DNA of 49,134 nucleotides, counting the filler, from Jimgerdemannia flammicorona (lineage: Eukaryota): the NCBI GenBank assembly GCA_003990765.1. It is 2 parts of 2 records of this genome, joined end to end, with 100 filler letters (N's around TTAATTAATTAA, not from the genome) between each part and the next. Parts side by side here need not be neighbours in the genome. Positions count along the whole stretch, not along the records: positions 1 to 24,518 come from RBNJ01000966.1; 1 more part is not named here. One strand, given 5' to 3'. The notes beneath the pieces were generated by a model. That model ran no database searches, had not been told where the DNA came from, and saw only the letters and a program-made list of their open reading frames with translations. The first letter of the stretch is position 1. Each line of letters begins with the position of its first letter. Of this stretch, positions 12,447 through 21,849 are shown piece by piece. Made by a program: the position numbers and the translations under genes.

Positions 12447-13285
12447 TGTGGTGGGTCTGTAGCTTGGCCTTGCGACGGCTTCAACCATCCACAATCAAAT
12501 GTTACCTCTCAGCTGTTCATTCTCTACACATCGACTCCAGTTTTGCCGATCCATTCATCGGTCTTCACCAACTTCCCCGAGTGATGTGTGGCGTGAAGCG
12601 GTGGCTAGGCATATGCCCAACTCGACCTCGGCTTCCTATCACGCTCGGTATTCTTCGCAGTCTTATCAGTTTGCTTCGGCTATCTGATTATGATGATCTG
12701 CATCTTGCGACCGTGATGTCACTTACATATGTCGGCTTTCTTCGCTCTGGCGAATTTACATGGGACAGGTCTTTCGATCCCATTTCCCAGCTGTCCCACG
12801 GCTCTGTGGTCTTTCAACCTAGCATTGCCGACCCCACCCATATTACGCTCACCCTGCTGGCCTCTAAAACAGACCTGTTTTGCCAGGGTGCAATACTTTT
12901 TATCACCAAAATGGATCCCGCCGTGCCATGTGTTGTATCCTTACTTCGCCTTCTTTACCTGGTGCACCCAGCCCCACCTGACACCCCTCTGTTCTGGCGT
13001 TCCGCGAATCGATTGTTCTCTCGGGCCTATCTCGTTAGTCATCTTTGCGTATTACTTCCACGGATTGGTCTGAATCCGCTTCTTTACACCAGGCATAGTT
13101 TTCAGATTAGTGCAATATCTGATGCCACTGCGGCCAGTTTATCTGATTACGAGATTCAGATGTTGGGTCGGTGGGAGAGCGTGGCATTTAAAGGCTATAT
13201 TCATATGCCTATTTCTCGCATTCTCCACCTTCGGGCTTCATTAACTTGTAATACTTGTTCTGTTACTCATATTACTTGCGGTTAA
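12270..13285 (+). pseudogene. Ngaro tyrosine recombinase, overlapping the RH end; catalytic HxxR reads HSFQ
   Basis: STIKCYLSAV, RLPIT, GFLRSGEF, SKTD, HSFQISA (cf. HSFRIGA), GRWES, Y. Confidence 0.9.
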
Positions 13286-13308
13286 TGATTTCCCATTCCT
13301 TTTTTTCT

Positions 13309-13675
13309 ACCGCGTAGCCTGCGACACCAGCTTATTCCGGGTCCCACGCGGCGCACAACACCAGCCTTTACCTCTCCTCATCGGCCTTACATCACTGTGC
13401 AGCTCACAATACCAGCCTTTAATCCACCCACCTCAGTCTCTTGCCACCGTGTAGTTCACGATACCAACCTTTTCCGACATTGTGCAGCTCATGACACCAG
13501 CCCTCCTTCTTTTCGTTATCGCACAGCTCGCGACACCAGCCTACTCGGACCTCCGCGCAACTTGTGACATCAGTTCTATCCCTCGATCGCTGGGCTCGTT
13601 AAATCAGCTTCTTGGCTGTTGCACGATTCGTGACACCTGCCCTCGGTTTAAACCGTGTGGCTCACGACACCAGCC
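13309..13675 (+). repeat. Array of 9 degenerate ~24-bp direct repeats (consensus ~CCGCGCAGCTCGCGACACCAGCCT) with unique ~7-40 bp spacers
   Basis: Copies begin at about 13309, 13343, 13394, 13446, 13479, 13518, 13552, 13618, 13652. Confidence 0.8.
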
Positions 13676-14604
13676 ATATCATCGACATTGGGCACAGCCT
13701 TTCTATTAAGCCTTCAGTACCTTTCTATCATCTACTCCACTCACATTTCTACATCCATAACCCCCTTTTTACTTCATTTGGGCTGAGTTCTTTCTTTCGG
13801 CACTGCCAACTCACACTGCTACACATCATCATCCCACACATTTTACATATAACATTTGGGCCGGTCTTTTATACCAGTGTTTCCACCCAAATACAGAACA
13901 ATCGATCATTTATTTGAGGTTTCTTTCCTAGGATTTCAGGGTGATGCATGGTCATTTCGGTGACATGGGGTTGTTGGTGTTTTATCATGAAGATTGACAT
14001 CACGTGAGCATAGCATAGTTGACATTATGCAAAACGTAGTATAGTTACGCCTCCCTAGCATAGATCGACATTATGACAAAAATATTGAATAAGGGGGCTC
14101 GCTCGAGACCACAGGTCAATGAATGCAGGAAGGTCTTGGGCGTATAGCGCCCAAAATGTTTCAACGCTGTTGTTTGTCTAAGGCGTTTCTAAATCAGGCA
14201 TAGTCTTTCCTTTTTTGGTACTAGCACAGTAGGCGCATTACTTCTATATGTAATTCTACTATTCACCCAACATTACTTCATACGCGCTTTACACTTATGC
14301 TTTTATACTTCCATACATTCGTACACATTTCATTACCACCCACCTCACCCTACATATATATACATAGTGGTTGGGCCGGTCTTTTATACTGTGTGTTTCC
14401 ACCCAAATACAGAACAATTGATCATTTATTTGAGGTTTCTTTCCTAGGATTTCGGGGTGATGCATGGTCATTTCGGTGACATGGGGTTATTGGTGTTTTA
14501 TCATGAAGATTGACATCATGTGAGCATAGCGTAGTTGACATTATGCAAAATGTAGTATAGTTACGCCTCCCTAGCGTAGATCGATATTACAGCAAAAACA
14601 TTGA

Positions 14605-14824
14605 CACACAAACCACCACTTGCATCCAAGAACCCGTCCCAATAAGGAAATCACCCGAACCACTCGCAGATATCCAGCTTTGACTATTATACTACTAAAC
14701 ACTGACAAGGATACTAGGAATCTTAGAACATTTCATTGCTTTTAACAAAGTGACTGGGGGTTTAAGCCAAACTACATCAACCCCCAACCTTGTAATTTGT
14801 CTCCATTGAGCCAGGCACATTACA
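14605..14824 (+). repeat. 3' LTR of element 1, right part
   Basis: Aligns with ~90-309; ends cacattaca. Confidence 0.85.
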
Positions 14825-14829
14825 CTATA

Positions 14830-15985
14830 GATATTGGAGTAATGACTAAAGGACAGTCTGAGGACAAACCATTCTTTAGTAGAACTGATATAATGGATGA
14901 ACATTTAGTATAGCCAAATGATATACAAATTATCTAATATAGTTACTCTATATAGTTATCTGTTGTACTATCAATTACTTAAATAATCTAATATACTAAA
15001 TTAGAAGAAAAACTAATCACACTCTGGAACACTGTTCATACTCTAGAATACTGTTTATATGTATACTGAAATACTATTTATACTCTAGAATACTGTTCCT
15101 ACTCTGGAACACTATTCCTACTTGTAAACTACAGATCATACCTTCCTAAATTGGTATTACTTCACATTCTATAATTATCCAGATAACAACCAGATAGCAA
15201 TCATACTTATATAAAGTATCCCAGAGATTTGAGTGAATAAATCCAGTTCCAAAATCTGAATTCAAAGCAAAGCCAATTATCTGGTATACTTAGGAGGAGA
15301 ATACCTCCTGTTAAGTGACTACTAGGAAATTGTAAGCTTTATTCCTTTTTCACTCCAGCCTTCTTTCTGATACAAAGAAGTCTGTTATATTTTATCTACT
15401 TATCAGATTAAGCCTGAATAGAAGTCAGTCATATTTTGACATAACTAAGCCTATCAGTCAGATATATCTATATAGTAAACTTATTTTGTATAAATGAAGC
15501 AGTTGACTGATGTAACCTACTTGTCAAAAGAAGTCTGCCGATTTTGGTATACTTGCTGGACAAAGCCATAAGTACTTGAGAAATCCACTACATTTTTGGT
15601 CTTCTTACCAGATTAAGCCAGAAGAGAAATCTGTTGTATTTTTGGTATGTTTGCCAGACTAAACCTGAGACCCAATTTTTGGTAGGCCTGCCAACCAAAG
15701 CTAGGAGAACTTGAGAAATCTCCTACATATTTGGTCCACTTGCCAGACAAAGCCTGAAGAATCGCCGACATCTATCAATCTGCTATATTATACAGAATTT
15801 GTGTCATTTAAGAAGTTTGCCGAATCTGCACCTAATTAGGCAACTGCTGAAATCATCTGCATTATGCGAACAAGAGAGAAGCGATTGGATATTTTGTTCT
15901 TTTTGACAAAGTAACTGGAGGCTCAAGCCAATCTACATAGCCACGCCAACCTTGTAATCTGCCTCCATTGAGCTGATACGTTACA
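14830..15985 (+). mobile_element. 3' end of a related gypsy element: ORF2 tail/PPT region (14830-14888) plus LTR (14889-15985)
   Basis: 14830-14880 matches 7788-7835; the LTR shares the TATA/AATAAA cassette and 3' terminus (..gttaca) with element 1; internal 19-bp and ~40-45-bp tandem repeats. Confidence 0.8.
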
Positions 15986-16754
15986 CTACACCAAAATCCC
16001 AATGCCTCGGTAATCGACATCAAGCTGCGATGCACAGGAGCATTTTAATAAATGTAGAGGAGACGAATATGTCCAACAACTTTTAGGTTGTTGACGAAGA
16101 TATTGGAAAGGGAAACAACTATTGCCGACCATGCTGGACGAGCAGTAAGTAAAGAAGGGAACCCAAACACAAAATCCGAATTACGTGCGTGGAATTGTCA
16201 CTGGACGGCTTCGGCAAGAATGTCGAGACAGGTTGCTCAACCTAACTCACCATTACCGAGATGCCTAACCAGGCGTAGAGGTTCATCTGTTTCACCTGCG
16301 GTGATACTGCCTCTACAGGTGTTGTCGTCGAGCGTTTTTTGTGATATGACTTTAGACGAAGGAGTGAAATTCATTTTGGCATCGAATTAATTCAAAATAT
16401 TGTTCTAAAATTACATCTATTTAATAACATAATTACGGGCCTCTCGTTAATCAGAAGAAAGTTGATGCCAAGATGTAACTTTGTATCCCAATCTTGGGAT
16501 TCACTTTAAGTATTTACTAATTTTATAAAATTTGTAAACAGCCCTCACAACTGAAGCTTTTAACAAAACAATATTCCTCAGAAGCTTCCGTTCAGTACGG
16601 TAACCATATTTTTCGTTTTAGCTGACCCGCCACAGACCTGTGGCATCGTTCTCTTTCCTCAGGGATTAGCGCCAAAGTGATTTTGCCCCTGCCAGCATAT
16701 AATTTTGGATTTAGCTGAATACAAAGGAAGCCATCTAAAACCGCATGAATTAAA

Positions 16755-17830
16755 TTATTTGTAAAAATCGATTTGGTTGAAAACTTGCCTGGCAGGAAGA
16801 ACTTTTGCAGGAGCCACCTGGTCTCCAATTTCTGACTTTGAGCTTTCATAGAAACTGATCTCGGACTCTGAAGAGGGGGTCATAGGATTCGCTGAGGCTT
16901 CGGTGTTACTGTACGGCCAAATATATTGAGCTATCGCTGTCTCTATGCCTTCAAGATCCTGCAATACTTCGTCAATGGTCGGTCGCATTTCAGGATAAGT
17001 GTTCCAGCATCTCATGTAGATATCGGAATACTCCTTTGGTGTTTCAGGGATGAGCTTTTCGCGCAATCCATGGGCGGCATCTTCGGGTGGATTCATTGCA
17101 TCTCCTCGAGGGCGACTTCTTGAAGTAAGTCGCCATAGAAGTGTTCCGAGGCTGTATATGTCGGATTTTTGCGTGTAAAGTACAATAGTGTTCTTCAATA
17201 CTTCAGGTGGGAGATATTTAATCTGTCCTTGAATATGATCATCATATTTTTTGAAGTGTTCCACAGTGTCGCTTATACCGAAATCAATGATCATTGGATT
17301 GGAATAGTCTGTATGGAGAAACACGATATTTCCTGGGTGCAAGTCATTGTGAATCAACCCCGCATTATGAACCACTTGCAAACTGCGGGTAATTTCTGTA
17401 GCAATCCGCCACACCTTTGACCAGGAATTGGGCGGAGACTTTTTGAGGAGTTGTGCAAGATCACCACCCGCAGCGTAGTCCATCACCAGCATATAACATC
17501 CGGCTCTATCGTCCTTTGACATTCCTATGACTGTTGGCGTTGCTGAGTGACCGGATTTGTTGCAGAGCTGAAGATATATGTTTACTAGTAGCTGTTACGA
17601 CAAGAAACAAGTTTATGATATAAATTAATTGTAAAATTAAACCTTCCAGCTATAAGATGAAAATTAAAATATACCTCATTCCGCAATTGGTTATCAAAAA
17701 TGTTACTCTCTTTCAATATCTTCAGTGCAACAAATCTTCTGTCGTTCTGACTATCATTCACTGTGGCTTTGTGTACAGTTGCAAATGCACCTTCCCCCAA
17801 CTTTTCCATCAGTGTCAATTGGTCGTAAGA
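16755..17830 (-). other. C-terminal TKL-type kinase domain (non-RD)
   Basis: GEGAFATV, VALK, NE, LVMDY, HNDLHPGN, DFG, YLPPE, SDIYSLG, CW..RP. Confidence 0.9.
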
Positions 17831-20800
17831 TATCCAAACAATGCAAGCGGCAAGTTCAACCATCTCTAGCATGTTCAAGCACTCCAAGAGCCTATTCTGG
17901 TCACTAGGAAATTTGGGTTTAAGCTTCGACAGGGTATTGCAATCCATTGTCTTGAGAATATCTTGAATCCGATCAAAGATGTTTGTGGCTTTTGTCGACG
18001 TGCCAATTTGGGCAGGAGGCAGAAGTCTAGACACTATCCGTTAAAACCCAGCATATATACAACATAATGAGCTGTATCCCATCAAGCAGCCGGAAACAAT
18101 AGATTACAATTGTAAAATACCTCTGAGATTGAACGTAATGGTCGCGTTTCGTTTCAGAGCCTCACCAAGGGTGCGGACGTTCTTGCCACTTATGTTATTC
18201 TCTGAAATCGAAAAAGGGAGGGATGAGTGAAAACGCACAGGGCGTGAACAGGAGCCCATCTAGTAGATATAAAAACAGGTCTCCTGTTCTAATATACCAA
18301 AAACATCAAGCGTTGTCAGGGTTATGTTCTGCATCAGAGATTCGGTCAGTGCGCGTGCTCCCATATCGCTAATGTTGGTGTCTAAAGATGGATAATGGAT
18401 GGATAAGAAACATGCTCGGGTCATGGCGGGAACTCGTTGCACAGTTGAATATAAAAATTTACATACTATTGAGATTCAGTTTGGTCAGGGCCGTGCTCAT
18501 TTTCAGAGAGTTGGCCAGAGCAATTGCACCTACATCGCCAATTTTGTTGCCTGACAATAAATGGGAGATATATGAGACAAAACCCAATATCAGCTGGAAC
18601 TCACCATCACACAGCTGAAATAAAAATTTTACACACTTTTAACAAACCTTTGAGATTTAACATGAACAACGTCGTGTTGTTCTTTAGAGATGCCGCCAGT
18701 GCGCATGCCCCCTGCGCGCCAATATTGTTGGCTAAAGTTAAACAGAGGATAGATAATAATATAAGTGGGACGGATGAAAAAGTGGCGAACAACAGTTCGC
18801 ACAGATCTAACCTACATTGGAGATTAAGCATGGTCAGGGCCGTATTCATCTTCAAACACACGGCAAGTACGCGTGCTCCCTCCACGCCAATGTCGTTGCC
18901 TGAAGATATACAGAAGATGGATGAATAAAATAAATTAAAATGTGAACTGGATTTCTTCAAACACCTGCAATCAACATTTCATATAGTTACAACATACGAA
19001 AAAGTTTCAACGTGGTCAAGGTCTTGTTTAGCTTCAGCGATTCAGCAAGTGCGCGTATTCCTTTGGGACCGATCTTGTTGGCTGAAAATGAACAGACGAT
19101 TGGTCACTAAATACAAGCAAGTGTTGAGCCGGATCTCATCAAACATTTGCAAGCAACAGTTGTCCAAGTTCAAACTTACAATTGAGATTCAGTGTGGTCA
19201 AAGTCGTGTTCTGTTTCAGAAGCTCCGCAATTGCACATGCTCCCAGGACGCCGACATTGCTGGCTGAAGATGATCATCAGATAGGGGAACAAAAACATAT
19301 AAAATGCGAGCTGGAACATTTCACATACTTCTAACATACCTCGGAGATTCAGCGTCGTCAGCGTCGTGTTGTTATTCAAGGATTTGATCAATCCATGGGT
19401 TTTCTCGTCACCAGTTCTTTTGTCTATATATAAAGTGAGGCTGACAGTTAGCTCTATTCAGTACAAATTATGTCACTAAACAACCAGATCAAACCTCTGA
19501 TACGGAAATATTGAATATCATTATGAATCTTATTTTAAAATATAACTTTCGCTTTCATAATATGAATTCTAAGAGTAAAGACCATAAATCATCACTATGA
19601 TTTTGACAGCACGAACCTGCGAGTTTACCAAGCCACATATCTAAATTAGGCTTTTGATGGGTGCTGGCGGTCAATGCTTCTTGCAGCGGGGAGGGTGTTT
19701 GGGGAGTATTAACGGTAAACATTTCGGACTGCAGGGAGAGCGTTTGCGGGGTGCTGACGGTCAGCGCTTCCGGCTGTATGGCGGGCAGTTGGGTGGTGTT
19801 GGCGTTCAACGTTTCCAGCGTTTGGGTGGTGTTGGTGATCAGCGCTTCTGGCTGCGTGGAGGGCATTTGGGTGTTGGCGGTCGGTGCTTCCGGCTGCGGG
19901 GAGGGCGTTTGGGGAATGTTGGTAGTCAACGCTTCTGAGTGTGAGATGGACGTTTGGGAGATATGGACAGTCAATTTTTCCAGTGAGAGGGAGAGCGGTT
20001 CGTGAGTATTAGTGGTCAATGCTTCCAGCTGCGGGGAGGGCGTTTGAGGGGTGTTGGCAACAATTGCTTCCGGCTGCCGGGAGAGTGTTTCGGGGGTGTT
20101 GGCGGTCAACGCTTCCGGCTGCGGGGAGGGCGTTTGGGGGTTGCTGACAGTCAACGCATCCGACTGCGGGGAAGGCGTTTCGGGAGTGTTAGCGGTCAAC
20201 ACTTCTGGCTGCGTGGAGGACGTTTGAGAGGTGATGACGGTCAACGCTTCTGGCTGGGAAAAGGACATTTGGGAGGTGTTGGCGTTCAACGCTTCCACCG
20301 GCGGGGAATGTTGCCTACAAGGTCGTGGCGGGAATAGGGGCTCTTCGTCATAGGAAGAAAAGAGGCAATGCTGGGTTGATGAACAAATAAAAGAGTCAAA
20401 CCGACAGATTGCGTCAGTGTCACGCCCGCTATGTATTGAATTGCTCCTGAAAATAAAAAAAGTGTGTGTTTGCAAAGGATGATAAGACCTACTTCAAGCA
20501 GTTCGCTGGCGGAAGCACGCTGCGAATAATCTGGTTTCAAACATCGATCAACGAAGTCCATCAGCAAGTCATTCATATTTCGGGGATAATGTGGCCGACC
20601 TTGCTCGATGATCTTTCGCTTAAGCTATTTGAAGTGTAAGAATATAAAATTAAATCCATTCTGCGACAATCGACAGGTTTCGACAAATGAAATTTTAAAA
20701 ACCAACCTCTCCCTTCTCTAGGTGGTCATCTTCGTAGGGCGCCTTGCCGAAGTTGAGAATCTTGAGGACGACGATGCCGAGTGCCCAAATGTCGGCTTTT

Positions 20801-21609
20801 TGATTGATGAACTTGCCTTCACAGACTTCGGGGGCCCAAAACAATATGTCGCCAGCCTCTTCAGATGACGGTTTCACAATAGGTTTCAAGGAGCTGAAGC
20901 CGAAGCCACCTGATTGTGGGAAGAGGTAAAGGATTAGAATGAGCGAGGCACGTGGTAACGACGTTTGGGGGAGAGGCAAGGTAATCACCGATCACGATGG
21001 TGTTGTCTTCGCCAAGGAAGAAATTTTCGCATTTGATATCGCGATGGATGTAGCCATGCTTGTGGATTTCCACGAGACCTGACAAGAGCTGTGGTATTTG
21101 TACGGCCAGGATGGATGAAGCACAAATTATTTAGGGTAGCCCCACAACGCCACGCAGCACGCACAATATACCAACTAAATACAACGAATACAAAGCACTA
21201 AACTGACCCTTTTGAGGATGAAGACCATTTGGGACAAAATGACCCAATTGTCTATGCAGTACTGTTGCAGGGTCCCGCCATTGCAGTACGGTGTCACGAG
21301 GAAGACGCAGCCATCGTAGATGTAGATGCTGTGCAATCGCAGAATATTTCGATGTTGTCCACATTTGGCCATGGTGATGATTTCGCTTTCAACGAGCTTC
21401 TCGTCCTTGCCCCCCTCGATAATCAGGTACTTTTTTATGGCTACATTCTGGCGTGTGCCGCCTGACTCGTTGTAGTGGTACACGTTACCCTGTCCCGAGG
21501 GACATGTGGGGTTTATGGCGCTGAGCCCGCTCTAAATGAGCTGCGGGTCGGAGAAGTGTTTAGACACGCCGTCTAACTTGCGTGCCATTAATGATTCAAG
21601 CACCGACAT
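16755..21609 (-). CDS. Tandem-kinase LRR protein: STE20/PAK-like pseudokinase + S/T/P repeats + 8 RI-like LRRs + TKL kinase (15 exons, ~1147 codons; in-frame TAG at codon 26, so possibly a recent pseudogene)
   Basis: Hand-built GT-AG exons: 21609-21208, 21088-20989, 20909-20707, 20624-20493, 20370-19629, 19423-19340, 19263-19180, 19081-18998, 18899-18816, 18731-18648, 18550-18467, 18381-18298, 18201-18121, 18033-17675, 17591-16755; total 3444 nt, frame maintained. Confidence 0.8.
18121..19423 (-). repeat. Eight ribonuclease-inhibitor/NLRC3-type LRR exons (7x84 nt, 1x81 nt), all bounded by phase-1 introns
   Basis: e.g. NKIGPKGIRALAESLKLNKTLTTLKL, NDIGVEGARVLAVCLKMNTALTMLNL, NNIGAQGACALAASLKNNTTLFMLNL. 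Confidence 0.92.
19650..20298 (-). repeat. 45-bp coding tandem repeat, ~15 copies (PEALTANTPQTPSPQ)
   Basis: Visible in the DNA and in ORF 19555-20475. Confidence 0.93.
20350..21530 (-). other. N-terminal STE20/PAK-like kinase domain with DFG>GFG and a degenerate Gly-loop (probable pseudokinase)
   Basis: VAIKK, HRNIL, GGTL, HRDIKCEN, IVIG-GFG, FWAPEV, ADIWALG, R-SASELLE-H. Confidence 0.8.
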
Positions 21610-21790
21610 GGTCCTTTATGAAATTTTCCAATGAATGTCTTCACAGAGGCGTGAATTTGAGCGTCTAAAAATGTCAAAAAAGTGACAGTCCGCAGTGGGT
21701 GGCGAAAAAGATCACGTGCAATCATATCTTTAGCATGACTTTATGACGTCAGCGCGAGCTTAGAAATAGGGATATACTGCGGCGAATGAA
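21610..21790 (-). promoter_or_regulatory. Putative promoter of the kinase gene with E-box CACGTG (21713-21718) and CRE/ATF palindrome TGACGTCA (21744-21751)
   Basis: CpG-containing segment between accATG and an abrupt AT-rich TE relic. Confidence 0.4.
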
Positions 21791-21849
21791 TAATTTGAAT
21801 TGTCCAATTTGTTAAAATAAATTCATTATGTTGTATTATTTAAAAGAAA

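Larger units (their letters stand above)
8899..14604 (+). mobile_element. Ngaro-type tyrosine-recombinase (DIRS order) retrotransposon, full length, mildly decayed
   Basis: Split direct repeats A1(8899-9147)...B1(13856-14088) A2(14088-14337) B2(14371-14604); gag, RT/RH and YR ORFs; interrupts a gypsy LTR. Confidence 0.93.
11..14824 (+). mobile_element. Degenerate Ty3/gypsy LTR retrotransposon 1 (5' LTR truncated by window; gag-PR-dUTPase-RT-RH-IN-ORF2; 3' LTR interrupted by Ngaro element)
   Basis: 11-309 aligns with 8810-8892 plus 14605-14824 (both end ..cattaca/tattaca); pol motifs in gypsy order, with many stops and frameshifts. Confidence 0.9.

Noticed and set aside
13309..13675. CRISPR array
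   Set aside because: Spacers are irregular (~7-40 bp), repeats are degenerate, there are no cas genes, and it lies inside a eukaryotic retrotransposon; kept only as a repeat array
8891..14606. TGTCA...TGACA terminal inverted repeat suggesting an LTR or DNA transposon
   Set aside because: The internal B1/A2 junction places the true ends inside these 5-mers; split direct repeats and YR identify Ngaro
16088..16390. 100-aa plus-strand ORF in CpG-rich DNA
   Set aside because: TTG start, no recognisable motif; likely 3' flank of the kinase gene
16592..16849. Alternative C-terminal ORF overlapping the kinase end
   Set aside because: No convincing splice or frameshift link and no motif
19654..20337. 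Plus-strand Gly/Arg-rich repeat ORFs
   Set aside because: Antisense shadows of the 45-bp coding repeat
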